Of a stretch of 64,000 nucleotides of DNA, positions 18,947-32,750 are shown piece by piece. The position numbers were made by a program, and so were the translations under genes. The DNA lies in NCBI GenBank assembly GCA_963714095.1, contig OY970230.1:724103-788102 (forward strand), written 5' to 3'. Positions within the stretch are counted from its first letter, which is position 1; each line of letters begins with the position of its first letter. A model generated the notes under the pieces. The model was given only the letters and a program-made list of their open reading frames with translations, was not told the origin of the DNA and did no database searches. This DNA comes from Candidatus Gottesmanbacteria bacterium. GTDB taxonomy: Bacteria; Patescibacteriota; Microgenomatia; UBA10105; UBA927.

Positions 18947-19238
18947 GGAAGTTTATAATTCTTTTGCCTGATATTTTAATTCCCTCCGATTGCAGCATCG
19001 CAATTTTTTTCCGGATATTTTTTCCGGTCGTTGACCCCATAAAGCCGCCGATGGTGCCGTCTGATGCTACTACGCGGTGGCAGGGGACCGTAGGGGCATA
19101 CGGATTATTTTTCATACACTGCCCGATTGCGCGGTATGCTTTTGTGTGAAGCGCCTCTGCAAGCGCCTTGTACGTCGTCACCCGTCCGCGGGGAACGGTT
19201 GTCAGGAGTTTGTATGTTTTTACTGCAAATGGAGTCAT
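18915..19238 (-). CDS. ogt: methylated-DNA--protein-cysteine methyltransferase (single-domain MGMT)
   Basis: PCHRVV active-site motif and the DNA-binding HTH. Confidence 0.75.
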   Translation of the reverse strand: MTPFAVKTYKLLTTVPRGRVTTYKALAEALHTKAYRAIGQCMKNNPYAPTVPCHRVVASDGTIGGFMGSTTGKNIRKKIAMLQSEGIKISGKRIINFPTVLFPFPDS

Positions 19239-19330
19239 ATGGTTATTATACGCTCACGGTATGTAATCCTGATTACAGACTTCCGAAGGAAGAATACTCT
19301 ATATCTAGAGTAGGAGAGGAGGTTAATTGT

Positions 19331-19741
19331 ATGAATAAAACAGTTCCTGTTGTCATCAGTATTCTTGTACTGGGTGCCGGTGCGTATTTTGTTATAAACC
19401 GGGCAAGCGCGGTAAGCCAGAATCAAATGACAGCAGTCGTAGCAAACGCGACATCAACAGCATCAATGAAAAGCTTTACAGTCTCGGGAACGGAATTTGC
19501 ATTTTCCCCGAATACATTGAGTGTAAACAAAGGGGATACGGTGAAGATAACGTTTACCAATAACGGGACACTGCCGCACAATTTCACGATTACGGAGCTC
19601 GCTGTGAAGAGTAAAACCATTATGCCCGGGCAGTCTGATACCGTGACATTTATAGCCGACAAAGCTGGTACGTTTGTTTACTTTTGCAGCGTGCCGGGCC
19701 ACAAGGATAAGGGCATGGTCGGGACTTTCACCGTCATATAA
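19331..19741 (+). CDS. cupredoxin (plastocyanin/azurin-like) secreted copper protein
   Basis: Signal-anchor N-terminus. Type-1 copper ligand pattern H...C-x2-P-G-H-x4-M ([12 protein letters not shown]). Confidence 0.65.
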   Translation: MNKTVPVVISILVLGAGAYFVINRASAVSQNQMTAVVANATSTASMKSFTVSGTEFAFSPNTLSVNKGDTVKITFTNNGTLPHNFTITELAVKSKTIMPGQSDTVTFIADKAGTFVYFCSVPGHKDKGMVGTFTVI

Positions 19742-21761
19742 TCCGGGCATTTTTTAGACGCAAGGAATTGGTGACGACGGAGATACTTGATGCTGCCATG
19801 GCAAAGGCGGCAAGTGTTGGAGACAGAATTCCTGCCATTGCCGCAGGAATGAGGATAACGTTATATCCAAATGCCCAAAAGAGGTTTTGTTTGATGACAG
19901 AAAGGGTTGCCCGGGATAATTTTATAGCGGAAATAACACTCATAAGATTTTTGTTCAAAAGCGTAATTCCAGACGACTCTATCGCGACATCAGTTCCTGT
20001 CCCTAAAGCGATTCCCACGTCGGCAGCGGCTAGAGCCGGAGCGTCGTTTATGCCATCACCGACAAAGGCGACCACTTGATTGTTTATTCTCAACTGGTTA
20101 ATTTTTTGCTCCTTTTGGTCAGGTAAAACGCCGGCAAGAATATTTGTGATGCCCGCCTGTTTGGCAATCGCTCCGGCGGTCCGTTCGTTGTCTCCGGTGA
20201 CCATCCATACGGTGACGCCCATACGTTCAAGAGCTTCGACTGTGTTTTTCGATTCCGGTTTTATCGTATCGGCAACAGCGATAAGGCCCAGAGTTTTCCC
20301 GCCGGAGGTCAGATCCATAACGGTTTTTCCCTGTTTTTCAAGATCCGAATGTGCTTTCGTCGGTTTACCGAAAAAGTACTGTTTCTTGTTAATGATTCCG
20401 GAAATTCCGGCGCCCGGCATTGCTTTAAACTGTGTTACATCAAACAGTTTTTGCCCTTGTGCTTTTGCAAGAATTGCGCCAGCGAGTGAATGTTCGGATC
20501 CTTTCTCCAGCGATGCGGCGATTGACAGTATGCGGGGAGGGATGATATCCGTCACAACCGGGATCCCTCGGGTGAGCGTACCTGTTTTATCAAAAACCGC
20601 GACGTTTATTTTGTTCGCAATCTCCAGACTTTCCGCATTTTTAATGAGAATACCGTGTTGGGCGCCGCGCCCGGTTTCCACCATAATCGCGGTAGGCGTT
20701 GCCAGCCCCATGGCGCAGGGGCAGGCAATAATGAGAACTGCGATCATAGTGGTAAGTGCCTGAATAAACGCACCGGTATCAAACCACACGACAAATGTTG
20801 TAACTGCCAGCATGAGGACGATAGGGACAAAATATCCGGATACGGTATCGGCGAGTCTTGCAATCGGTGCCCGTGTGCTTTGGGCCTCCGAGACCATACG
20901 GACAATCCGTGAGAGCATGGTATCGCTCCCTACTTTCGTTGCCTGAAAAAGAAACGTGCCGGTTATATTAATAGTTGCGCCGATAACAGAGTCACCCGAC
21001 TGTTTATCTACTGGTAACGATTCGCCGGTAACCATGGATTCATCTATGGAACTTATCCCTTCAATAATTTTTCCGTCAACCGGAATTTTTTCTCCGGGCC
21101 GGACGCGGATTGTATCGCCGACATTCACCTGATCAATGGGGACATCTACTTCACGACCGCCGCGTACAACGCGGGCGGTTTTAGCCGAAAGGTTTAAGAG
21201 TTTTTTAATTGCGTCACCCGTATGCGCTTTAGCCCGTGCCTCCAGCCAGCGTCCGAGTAGTATCAGCGTTATGATAACGGACGCGTCTACGTACATCATT
21301 GAAAAAAATGCTGCTGTCGTGCCGATTGCGACAAGCGTGTCCATATTGGCCGACCGGTTTTTGAGGCCTGACCATGCGGCCTGATAGAATTGCCATCCGG
21401 CCCAAAATTGGATAGGGAGAGCAAGTACAAGAAGAAAGAATTGGGAGAATTTATAATAGCTTCCGATGACTATAAGAATTGTCAAGATTGCCGATATAAT
21501 GACCTTTTGTCTAAGTATCAGTAATTCGAGTTTTTTTGTTTTTTCTTTGCTGTCTTCGGTTACCGCTTTATATCCAAGATCTGAGATGGTGTTACTCATG
21601 GATTTTAGGGAGGTTATGGAAGAATCAAATTCGACGGTAGCTTCTTCACTGCCGTAATTAACTGCGACAGCAGTTACCCCCGGAGTTTTTTGGAGTTTTT
21701 TTTCAATAAGATGCGCGCATGAGGCACAGTGCATGCCCACGATAGGGAAAGACGCTTTCAT
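19734..21761 (-). CDS. copA: copper-translocating P1B-type ATPase (alternative start at 21812)
   Basis: N-terminal HMA domain [11 protein letters not shown] transmembrane motif, DKTGTLT phosphorylation site and GDGINDAP. Confidence 0.9.
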   Translation of the reverse strand: MKASFPIVGMHCASCAHLIEKKLQKTPGVTAVAVNYGSEEATVEFDSSITSLKSMSNTISDLGYKAVTEDSKEKTKKLELLILRQKVIISAILTILIVIGSYYKFSQFFLLVLALPIQFWAGWQFYQAAWSGLKNRSANMDTLVAIGTTAAFFSMMYVDASVIITLILLGRWLEARAKAHTGDAIKKLLNLSAKTARVVRGGREVDVPIDQVNVGDTIRVRPGEKIPVDGKIIEGISSIDESMVTGESLPVDKQSGDSVIGATINITGTFLFQATKVGSDTMLSRIVRMVSEAQSTRAPIARLADTVSGYFVPIVLMLAVTTFVVWFDTGAFIQALTTMIAVLIIACPCAMGLATPTAIMVETGRGAQHGILIKNAESLEIANKINVAVFDKTGTLTRGIPVVTDIIPPRILSIAASLEKGSEHSLAGAILAKAQGQKLFDVTQFKAMPGAGISGIINKKQYFFGKPTKAHSDLEKQGKTVMDLTSGGKTLGLIAVADTIKPESKNTVEALERMGVTVWMVTGDNERTAGAIAKQAGITNILAGVLPDQKEQKINQLRINNQVVAFVGDGINDAPALAAADVGIALGTGTDVAIESSGITLLNKNLMSVISAIKLSRATLSVIKQNLFWAFGYNVILIPAAMAGILSPTLAAFAMAASSISVVTNSLRLKNARII

Positions 21762-21844
21762 ATTATTCTTTTTTACCGAAGAAAAACCAATATATGGCGG
21801 CGATACACCCAATTCCTCCGAGTGTAACGATAATCTTATCCATG

Positions 21845-22123
21845 TTATTTTTTCTCCATAATTTTCATAACTTCTGCAATAACCTCGTCAGCGTTACCTT
21901 TTTTGATTTCTGCAGCGACACACGTTTCCATGTGGTTTTTCAGGATCACCTGATCTGTTTCTTTGAGAGCGGATTGTACCGCAATGGATTGGTGAATAAT
22001 ATCAATACAGTACTGGCCCTTTTCGACCATTGTGATGACGCTATCAAGCTGGCCGCGTGCGATTTTAAAGCGGTGCAGAATTTTTTGTTGGACGGATTGA
22101 TCCCTCGGTATTCCTTTTGGCAT
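21845..22123 (-). CDS. csoR: CsoR family copper-sensing transcriptional repressor
   Basis: The DUF156 fold carries the Cys...His-x3-Cys ligands (YCIDIIH ... HMETC). Confidence 0.75.
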   Translation of the reverse strand: MPKGIPRDQSVQQKILHRFKIARGQLDSVITMVEKGQYCIDIIHQSIAVQSALKETDQVILKNHMETCVAAEIKKGNADEVIAEVMKIMEKK

Positions 22124-22132
22124 ATTGTCTCC

Positions 22133-22162
22133 TTGACTTTTATACCCCCATAGGGGATATAA
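22133..22162 (+). promoter_or_regulatory. sigma70-like promoter (TTGACT, 18-nt spacer, TATAAT) overlapped by a CsoR-type pseudo-palindromic operator TATACCCCC-ATA-GGGGATATA
   Basis: Seen directly in the sequence between the divergent csoR and membrane-cupredoxin genes. GC-rich inverted repeats of this form are typical CsoR operators. Confidence 0.45.
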
Positions 22163-22180
22163 TAGACGCATTCGATAAAT

Positions 22181-23161
22181 ATGTCAATACTTTGGTTCGC
22201 ATTTTTAACGGGATTGACGACCGGCGGGATTTCATGTCTGGCCGTTCAGGGCGGGCTGTTGGCTTCTGCAATTAACAATGAATCAAACCGATGGCAGCAG
22301 GTGGGTATGTTTGTTGTATTTAAGCTGTTGGGGTATACACTTCTTGGTTTTATTCTCGGACTTATCGGTTTGACATTAACTTTATCGCCGAAAATACTGG
22401 GTTGGGTGCAGATAGCCGCAGGCCTCTTTATGATCGCCACAGCCTTGCGGATGATTGATGCACACCCCATATTCCGGTATTTCGTTCTTACGCCTCCGCG
22501 GTGGGCATTCCGGCTTATGAAAAACACGAGCAGGAGTCAATCCTTGTTTGCGCCTGCACTACTGGGTTTTCTGACGATTCTGTTGCCCTGTGGGATCACT
22601 CAGGCAACCATGGCAGTAGCCGTGGCTTCGGGCAATCCGTTTTCGGGAGCCGCCATACTGTTTGCGTTTATTCTTGGTACCAGTCCCGTCTTTTTTGTAT
22701 TGGGTGCAACAGTTGTGGAATTACTTCAAAAGAAAGTGTTTTCGTACGTTGCTGCGGCAATTATTGTAGTATTTGCCGTGCTCTCCATCAATGGGGGATT
22801 GGGAGTTATGGGTTCTGCCTACACATTGCAAAATTACTGGCGCGCAGCAACAGGAGAGGTCACCCAAACCAGCACAGCTGCTATGACGGGTGGGATACAA
22901 GATGTAACGATTACGGTAAAAAATAATGGATATACAGCTAACGCAAATACGATTAAACGCGGCATTCCCGTGCGGCTCACCCTGGTAACCGATAACACCC
23001 TTGGGTGTTCGCGCGCATTTACCATTCCGGACCTGGGTATTTCTAAAGTGTTGCCGGCAACTGGCACAGAAACAATTGAATTTACGCCCCAAAAGGCCGG
23101 GCGGCTGGGGTATAGTTGTAGTATGGGTATGTACACCGGCGCATTTACCGTGGAGGAATAA
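22181..23161 (+). CDS. polytopic membrane protein with intramembrane Cys pair fused to a C-terminal degenerate cupredoxin-like domain
   Basis: Cys residues lie in TM1 (GGISCLAVQGG) and a later TM (LLPCGITQ), CcdA/DsbD-like. The C-terminal 100 aa is a beta-sandwich with YSCSMGMY but lacks the His ligands. Confidence 0.45.
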   Translation: MSILWFAFLTGLTTGGISCLAVQGGLLASAINNESNRWQQVGMFVVFKLLGYTLLGFILGLIGLTLTLSPKILGWVQIAAGLFMIATALRMIDAHPIFRYFVLTPPRWAFRLMKNTSRSQSLFAPALLGFLTILLPCGITQATMAVAVASGNPFSGAAILFAFILGTSPVFFVLGATVVELLQKKVFSYVAAAIIVVFAVLSINGGLGVMGSAYTLQNYWRAATGEVTQTSTAAMTGGIQDVTITVKNNGYTANANTIKRGIPVRLTLVTDNTLGCSRAFTIPDLGISKVLPATGTETIEFTPQKAGRLGYSCSMGMYTGAFTVEE

Positions 23162-23162
23162 T

Positions 23163-23363
23163 ATGATAAAAAAAACATTTAAAATTGACGGGATGCACTG
23201 TACAAGCTGTGCCCTCATGATCGAAAGCGATCTTGAGGATGTGGGGGTCAATGCTTCCTGCAGCTATGCAAAACAAACACTTATCGTGGAATTTGATGAG
23301 ACGAAGATTGGAGAACAAAAAATTAAAGACGTAGTTGCGAAAGCAGGGTATCAAGTTGTTTGA
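23163..23363 (+). CDS. copZ: copper chaperone CopZ (HMA domain)
   Basis: GMHCTSCA metal-binding motif. 66 aa. Confidence 0.85.
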   Translation: MIKKTFKIDGMHCTSCALMIESDLEDVGVNASCSYAKQTLIVEFDETKIGEQKIKDVVAKAGYQVV

Positions 23364-23748
23364 GCGCGTCGGTTTCATCCGTAAATTCTATCGTCCCTTT
23401 GACATTCGGACTTCCAAGAACCATGCGCGAGATCTGTTTTCCTTTTTCAAACAGAAGATAAACGGGGATGGTATGTTCGCGTGCAAATTCAATTTCCTGG
23501 CCGGTACCGGTCGTGGGCTGCCCGATGTAGGCGATCATAAGGTCACTTTTGCCCAGTTCATTGAGATCTGTCTGATAGACGGCCGCCGGAGCGACGTCAG
23601 GATTTTTAATTGGGTCGGTGCCGTTTAAGAACGCCCAGAAATAGGTGAATCCGTTTGCTTGGGCAACACGGGCCATGCGTATATAAAACGATTTCGTTTC
23701 AGTGACGTTGGTGAGTTGGGTCAGCGGCCCGCCAAAAAAGATTCTCAT
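23323..23748 (-). CDS. nucleoside 2-deoxyribosyltransferase-like protein
   Basis: The N-terminus MRIFFGGPL is characteristic of the NDT family, and the GTGQEIEFA region matches as well. Confidence 0.5.
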   Translation of the reverse strand: MRIFFGGPLTQLTNVTETKSFYIRMARVAQANGFTYFWAFLNGTDPIKNPDVAPAAVYQTDLNELGKSDLMIAYIGQPTTGTGQEIEFAREHTIPVYLLFEKGKQISRMVLGSPNVKGTIEFTDETDALKQLDTLLSQLRL

Positions 23749-23795
23749 AAGAAACGTATTGTACAATAAAAAAAGGAATGGTACACTAGTGACCT

Positions 23796-24119
23796 ATGGC
23801 AGATATAACGATAACGGATGCAAATTTTGATACGGAAGTCACGAAGTGCGATAAACCAGTTTTGGTGGATTTTTGGGCGGTCTGGTGCGGTCCGTGTCAG
23901 ATGCAGGGGCCGATTATTGAGGAAGTCGCCAACGCCATGAAAGGGAAAGCAAAAGTCGGGAAGGTGAACGTGGATGAAAATCCTGCCGTTGCACAGAAAT
24001 TCGGTATCATGAGTATTCCGACCATCATGGTTTTTAAAGGCGGAACAGTGGTAAAACAGTTTATCGGTGTGCAGACGAAAGAAACACTTCTTACCGAACT
24101 CAATAAACTGATTAATTAA
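23796..24119 (+). CDS. trxA: thioredoxin
   Basis: WCGPC active site. 107 aa. Confidence 0.9.
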   Translation: MADITITDANFDTEVTKCDKPVLVDFWAVWCGPCQMQGPIIEEVANAMKGKAKVGKVNVDENPAVAQKFGIMSIPTIMVFKGGTVVKQFIGVQTKETLLTELNKLIN

Positions 24120-24175
24120 AATAAAGAGCATAAATTAAAATTTAATTAATTTATTTTTTATTTAATTTCTTTTGT

Positions 24176-25114
24176 ATGTATGATGTCGTTATTATCGGGA
24201 GCGGGCCGGCAGGATATACTGCTGCGGTGTATACTTCACGGGCATTTTTAAAAACCCTCATCATTGCCGGTATTCAGCAGGGCGGGCAGCTTACGACAAC
24301 GACCGAGGTTGAAAATTTCCCCGGTTTCCCCAAAGGCATTACGGGGCCGCAGCTTATGCTGGACATGAAGTCACAGGTTGTCCGATTCGGGACAGAAATT
24401 GTGACAGCGACAGTCACTCAGGTGAAAAAATCCGGAAATACATTTGTGATTACCGCAGATAGAAAAAATATTGAGTCAAAAACCATAATTATCGCGTCAG
24501 GAGCGTCCGCGATGTATTTAGGATTGCCGTCGGAAAAAAAGTTCGCCGGTCACGGCGTGTCGGCGTGCGCCACGTGTGACGGATTTTTCTTCCGCGGGAA
24601 AGAGGTTGTGGTTGTCGGAGGCGGGGATACGGCGATGGAAGAAGCACAGTTTCTGACTACATTCGCGACGAAAGTAACCATAATTCATCGGAGGGGCGAA
24701 TTCCGTGCAAGCCCAATTATGCTGGAACGGGTTAAGAAGAATCCAAAAATCACCATGCTGACAAATAAAATTATAGAAGAAATTCTCGGAGACACCGCGG
24801 TCACAGGGGTACGCATCAAAGATACGGTAACCGGCGTGGTCGAGAAGTACTCCACAAATGGGGTATTTTTAGCAATCGGGCATAAACCGAATACCGAATT
24901 TTTGAAAGATATTGTTGTGCCTGATAAAAAAGGTTACCTAACAATCCATGGGTTACAAAAACCCGGTGACTATCATACGGCAACAAATGTCCCCGGAATA
25001 TTTGCCGCAGGGGATTGTGTCGATTTCCAGTACCGCCAGGCCGTCGTTGCCGCCGGTATGGGCTGTATGGCCGCCCTTGACGTTCAAAAGTATCTTGAAG
25101 CAGCCCGTATATGA
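24176..25114 (+). CDS. trxB: thioredoxin-disulfide reductase
   Basis: CATC redox centre and the FAD and NADPH GxGxxG/A motifs. Confidence 0.9.
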   Translation: MYDVVIIGSGPAGYTAAVYTSRAFLKTLIIAGIQQGGQLTTTTEVENFPGFPKGITGPQLMLDMKSQVVRFGTEIVTATVTQVKKSGNTFVITADRKNIESKTIIIASGASAMYLGLPSEKKFAGHGVSACATCDGFFFRGKEVVVVGGGDTAMEEAQFLTTFATKVTIIHRRGEFRASPIMLERVKKNPKITMLTNKIIEEILGDTAVTGVRIKDTVTGVVEKYSTNGVFLAIGHKPNTEFLKDIVVPDKKGYLTIHGLQKPGDYHTATNVPGIFAAGDCVDFQYRQAVVAAGMGCMAALDVQKYLEAARI

Positions 25115-25821
25115 TTTCCGTTCCAAAACCGCAAAAATATTCATCTCGGCTTGCATCGATTGAAAAAATATCGAGCAAGGTATATCTTGAGCGGTTCGAA
25201 CTTGTGGAGCCCAAAGAAATACGTTTTCTCCCGGGGCAGACGGTGATGCTATATGTGGCGCCTGATGTCAACCGCGCAATGTCGATTGCATCGCCCCCGT
25301 CCCAAAAAACCTCCATAACGCTTCTCCATGACGTGTCGCCCATGGGAGTATATTCGAAATGGGCTCTTTCAGCCAAGTCAGGGGATCCGATGGAGTTTAT
25401 GGGGCCTCTGGGTGCGTTTGCATTGGACAAAGAATCTCACAGAGGGAAGGTGTTTGTGGCAACCGGTACCGGCGTCGCCCCATTTTACGGAATGGCGGTG
25501 GATTATCTGTCGAACGGCGGCACCGATGACGTGACTCTGTACTGGGGGCTGCGTTATGAGGAGGATATATTTTTTAAAAAAGAATTTGAAACGTTGGTGC
25601 AACAATATCCTCACTTCCGGTTTGTTCTGACGCTCTCGCAGCCAACTGATAGGTGGCAGGGGACGAAGGGTCACGTACAGGATCATCTTTTTTCTCAGCA
25701 AAACCTCAGCGGATCAGACTATTATCTCTGTGGTAATAAACAAATGATTCTTGATATTCGTGAGAAGTTAAAAATTACGGGTGTTCCTGATATACAGACA
25801 AAATCTGAATTGTTTTATTAG
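25111..25821 (+). CDS. ferredoxin-NADP reductase-like FAD/NAD(P)-binding oxidoreductase
   Basis: VFVATGTGVAPF and YLCGNKQM motifs of the FNR family. Overlaps the trxB stop. Confidence 0.65.
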   Translation: MISVPKPQKYSSRLASIEKISSKVYLERFELVEPKEIRFLPGQTVMLYVAPDVNRAMSIASPPSQKTSITLLHDVSPMGVYSKWALSAKSGDPMEFMGPLGAFALDKESHRGKVFVATGTGVAPFYGMAVDYLSNGGTDDVTLYWGLRYEEDIFFKKEFETLVQQYPHFRFVLTLSQPTDRWQGTKGHVQDHLFSQQNLSGSDYYLCGNKQMILDIREKLKITGVPDIQTKSELFY

Positions 25822-25861
25822 TGTATTGCAATTTTAATAATCTTGCGTATACTCAAACCCT

Positions 25862-27142
25862 ATGACTATTAATCCGTTTGAAACTGCCATGTCACAACTG
25901 GCAAAAGCTGCTAAGCTTTTTCCGAAAAAAGATGAAACACTTCTTCTGACTCTTCTTTCGCAGCCCCAGCGCATCCTCAATGTTACTATTCCAGTGACTA
26001 TGGATGACGGGACCGTTAAAATTTTTCAGGGGTACCGCGTACAATTTAACAATGCATGCGGACCGTACAAAGGCGGCATCCGGTATCATCCGCAGGTATC
26101 ACTGGACGAAGTCAAAGCATTGTCTTTCTGGATGGCGATGAAATGTGCTGTAGCAGATTTGCCATTAGGTGGCGGCAAAGGCGGAATTATTGTAGACCCG
26201 AAAGCATTATCCGTTGGAGAATTAGAGCGATTATCTCGTGGGTATCTCAGGGCGATAGCAGATTGTATTGGTCCGGATAAAGACGTACCGGCGCCGGACG
26301 TGAATACCAACGGTGTCATCATGGGGTGGATGACGGACGAGTTGTTTAAAGCCAAACATGCAAAAACAAAAAAAGAGAAAAATTATCTCAGGGCGACATT
26401 TACCGGGAAAGCATTAAAAGACGGCGGCTCCGAAGGGAGAGAAGAGGCGACCGGATTGGGCGGACTCTATGTTTTGCAAACTATTCTTGCGCATCACAAA
26501 CTTGCAGGGAAACAACTGACTGCGGCTGTGCAGGGGTTCGGGAATGTCGGCTACAACGTGGCAAAGTTTTTAATAGAAGCAGGTATTACAGTTGTGGCGG
26601 TATCAGATAGTAAGGGCGGCATTTACGTGCCGGAAGGGATAAATCCGGCATTGACGCTCGACTGCAAAAAGAAACACGGGTACCTGGCTGGCTGTTATTG
26701 TTCAGGATCCGTCTGCGATCTGAAAAAAGGAAAGACAATCACAAATGCAGAGCTTTTGGAATTACCCGTTGATATTTTAGTTCCGTCTGCGCTTGAAAAC
26801 GTGTTAACAGGTCAGAACGCAGGGAAGATTAAAGCAAAAGTGGTCTTGGAGATGGCCAATGGACCCACCGCGCCCGAGGCGGATACAATACTATACACGC
26901 GCGGCATACCGGTCATTCCTGACGTCCTTTCTAATTCCGGCGGCGTCTCGGTTTCCTGCTTTGAATGGCAGCAGAATTTGAAAGGGGCTCATTGGACAAA
27001 AAAAGCCGTCAATGCAAAATTAAAGGCGAAGATGGAGAAAGAAGCAACGAACGTCTGGCTTACTTCAAAGAAATATAAAACAGACCTCAGGACTGCCGCC
27101 TTTTACCTCGCCCTCACCCGAATCCTCAAGGCGATGAAATAA
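25862..27142 (+). CDS. gdhA: NAD(P)-specific glutamate dehydrogenase
   Basis: Catalytic Lys region [11 protein letters not shown] and glycine-rich LPLGGGKGG. Confidence 0.9.
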   Translation: MTINPFETAMSQLAKAAKLFPKKDETLLLTLLSQPQRILNVTIPVTMDDGTVKIFQGYRVQFNNACGPYKGGIRYHPQVSLDEVKALSFWMAMKCAVADLPLGGGKGGIIVDPKALSVGELERLSRGYLRAIADCIGPDKDVPAPDVNTNGVIMGWMTDELFKAKHAKTKKEKNYLRATFTGKALKDGGSEGREEATGLGGLYVLQTILAHHKLAGKQLTAAVQGFGNVGYNVAKFLIEAGITVVAVSDSKGGIYVPEGINPALTLDCKKKHGYLAGCYCSGSVCDLKKGKTITNAELLELPVDILVPSALENVLTGQNAGKIKAKVVLEMANGPTAPEADTILYTRGIPVIPDVLSNSGGVSVSCFEWQQNLKGAHWTKKAVNAKLKAKMEKEATNVWLTSKKYKTDLRTAAFYLALTRILKAMK

Positions 27143-27173
27143 TATTGACTTATAGCATATAATATGTGGTTAT

Positions 27174-28268
27174 ATGCGAGCAGAGACAAAAGTTGCGTTA
27201 TATCCTAGCCCTTGGGAACCGGAAATGAATCGTATTCCCCCCATAGAGCTATTGACCGCGGGAACAGCGTTAAAACGCCTTGAGTTTAGTTATCCCGATA
27301 TTCCTTCCACAATGCTGGATTCCATAATTGCGAGTGAATGGGCGAGTATTGATAACGGTCGCATGTATCTAGAAGTCAGGAACCCGGGGTTTTTACGTAA
27401 ATCAGGAAACACGGTATATCTCACTGATTTTGATGACTGTGTGTTGTCAACTACGGATTGGCACAACAGGGAATATGAATTGGTAAGTCAGTGTCCAGAA
27501 CTGTGTGCACAGCAAATAGAAATTTCCCCCAAGCAGGCTAAGAATGTGTATGAAATGTCAAAAATTCTTATTCCTGGTAAGGTTGAGCATGAGCCGCGGT
27601 ACACACCACGGTTAAATCTGATTCTTCTGACCCATATCGCAACCCAGTTGAGTTATGGGTATCCACCTGAAGTTGTATGGAATGCTCTTCCGAGTGTACG
27701 GGATGCTATTGTTAGTAATGTTGCTAGGCAGGGAGAAGGGGAGTTGGGATTTCTGAGAATCGACGATCGAATTCTGAAGTTATTTCAGGAAAATTCACCG
27801 GCCCAGTTTCTCCAAAAGAAATTTATGGATGAATTGCATCAGAAAGATGAGGGCGAATTTCATATTATCGTTACCCGCGGAAAGCCGGAAGGACTTCTCG
27901 GCCAAATATACAAAGTTCATACAAGCGGTGCGTTGGAAAAATCGGTTGATATCGTGATGTATACGAATGATATTAAAGCAGAGGCACTGGTCCAGCTTTC
28001 GCGTATCGTCCCATGGATGAAGAGTGCTCCGATTCTTATTTATGATGATAATCCGAATGAGGTTTTACCGTATTTGCGCTTTATTCATGAGCGGAATATC
28101 GACAACATCGAGCTTGTTCATGTGCGCCACAACAATTCAAAACGGAAGGATCTTGTCGTTGAAGGGTATACGCCTACAGGTACAATTCTCGATGCAGAAA
28201 CAAAGACTCGATTCGACCGGTATCACCCCGACGGATATCGTATTGACAATACTGCACAGGCAGGATAA
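27174..28268 (+). CDS. hypothetical protein with weak HAD-like motifs
   Basis: 364 aa. LTDFDDCVL (motif I-like) and ILIYDDNPNE (motif IV-like). Otherwise unrecognised. Confidence 0.3.
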   Translation: MRAETKVALYPSPWEPEMNRIPPIELLTAGTALKRLEFSYPDIPSTMLDSIIASEWASIDNGRMYLEVRNPGFLRKSGNTVYLTDFDDCVLSTTDWHNREYELVSQCPELCAQQIEISPKQAKNVYEMSKILIPGKVEHEPRYTPRLNLILLTHIATQLSYGYPPEVVWNALPSVRDAIVSNVARQGEGELGFLRIDDRILKLFQENSPAQFLQKKFMDELHQKDEGEFHIIVTRGKPEGLLGQIYKVHTSGALEKSVDIVMYTNDIKAEALVQLSRIVPWMKSAPILIYDDNPNEVLPYLRFIHERNIDNIELVHVRHNNSKRKDLVVEGYTPTGTILDAETKTRFDRYHPDGYRIDNTAQAG

Positions 28269-28428
28269 AATACATCTTTGTCCTTAGATGCAAGGCAACG
28301 AGCGTTTTCTCGCTTCACCACGAGAAGGCCGAATTTTCAATTCATGAGAAGCAACAAACCATATTCAAACCGAAACCAAATTTGGCAGTGTTTGCGTGTG
28401 TAGTCGCCTCAAAGAATTGAACCGTTGA

Positions 28429-28456
28429 CCCCGCATATAAGGCGGGGTTTATTTTT
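28429..28456 (+). terminator. rho-independent terminator hairpin CCCCGC-ATATAA-GGCGGGG followed by TTTATTTTT
   Basis: GC stem plus U-run, seen directly. It lies 6 nt upstream of tRNA-Ala. Confidence 0.5.
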
Positions 28457-28462
28457 GGAGTC

Positions 28463-28535
28463 GGGCCCGAAGTTTACCTGGTTGAACGCATCATTTGCAA
28501 TGATGAGGTAGGCGGTTCGACTCCGCCCGGGTCCA
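28463..28535 (+). tRNA. tRNA-Ala (anticodon TGC)
   Basis: Cloverleaf folded by hand. 7-bp acceptor stem with G3:U70. Anticodon loop TTTGCAA. T-arm GGCGG-TTCGACT-CCGCC. No encoded CCA. Confidence 0.8.
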
Positions 28536-28801
28536 CAACACTTGTTTTGAGAATAGGTATTTATTTTTTTAATAAATATTTACTCTCGCGACAAGAGCGC
28601 GAACTGGCTCTTTAAAAACTGAACGACTTTTTCCATCGTGTAGGTGCAATTCCTATGATGGAGAGAAAGTTTTATTTTTTAACAAGTAGTTGCATCGTAA
28701 GGGGTAACCTAAGAAGGTTAACTTCTTACTTGCATATCAATTTTGTTGGAGAAAGAACAAAGCGAGTAATCTTGCCGTATGGCGGGATTGCCTCCTTTGT
28801 T

Positions 28802-32027
<3,226 letters not shown>

Positions 32028-32151
32028 AAGCGAGAGCTTGTTCTTTATTCCAACAAATTGTATGCAGTTTGGAGTGACCATCAGGGTTGCCCCTTACGAA
32101 TCAACTACTTTAACAAGTAAATATCTAGACACTGAATTTAACCGCTCCAGT

Positions 32152-32275
32152 GTCTTCCAGTCTTTTGAGCGACGTGGACCCACCCGATCCCATTCCGAAC
32201 TCGGAAGTGAAACGCGTCAGCGCTGACAATACCTGTTTCGCAAGATACCGGGAAGATAGGTCAAGGCTGGGGGAC
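32152..32275 (+). rRNA. rrf: 5S ribosomal RNA
   Basis: CCCATTCCGAACTCGGAAGTGAAAC loop C/helix III signature. The termini pair to form helix I. Confidence 0.75.
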
Positions 32276-32325
32276 TTTGGAGCGGTTTTTTGTGGTATGA
32301 TAAAAAGAGAAAGGGAGGTACCACT

Positions 32326-32712
32326 ATGATTGGTTATAAAGGAGCGATTGAGGATTTAACAAATACTAATACATATTTCCGGCACGTGCTTTTTACCGCG
32401 CCGCATTCACAACTTGTACTCATGTGTTTGGCACCCAGCGAGGAAATCGGGATGGAGGTACATCCTGACAACGACCAGTTTTTCCGGTTTGAGAGCGGGG
32501 AGGGGAAAGTGATTATTGACGGCACAGAGTATCTGGTGAAAGACGGTGATGCAGCCATTGTGCCGGCAGGGGCTCAGCACAATATCATCAATACGTCCGC
32601 CACTCAACCGCTGAAGCTCTATACTATTTATTCGCCCGCACACCATCCGGACGGAACGATCCATAAGACGAAAGCGGAAGCACTTGCCGCGGAAGCAAGC
32701 GAACACGTCTAA
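32326..32712 (+). CDS. cupin domain protein
   Basis: Double-stranded beta-helix motif region with H-x-H...E...H spacing. Shine-Dalgarno AAGGGAGG upstream. Confidence 0.6.
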   Translation: MIGYKGAIEDLTNTNTYFRHVLFTAPHSQLVLMCLAPSEEIGMEVHPDNDQFFRFESGEGKVIIDGTEYLVKDGDAAIVPAGAQHNIINTSATQPLKLYTIYSPAHHPDGTIHKTKAEALAAEASEHV

Positions 32713-32750
32713 TTTGACAAAGCATAGCCGCGATATAGAATACGGGGCGT

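Noticed and set aside
20080-20763. 227-aa plus-strand ORF.
   Set aside because: It is antisense within copA, with low-complexity Ala/Pro/Ser composition typical of reverse-frame artefacts in GC-richer genes.
28463-28535. Considered whether the GGTTCGACTCCGCC...GGGTCCA element upstream of the 23S was the tRNA-like end of a tmRNA.
   Set aside because: A complete 73-nt cloverleaf with anticodon TGC and G3:U70 folds from it. No tag-peptide reading frame or pseudoknot region is evident.
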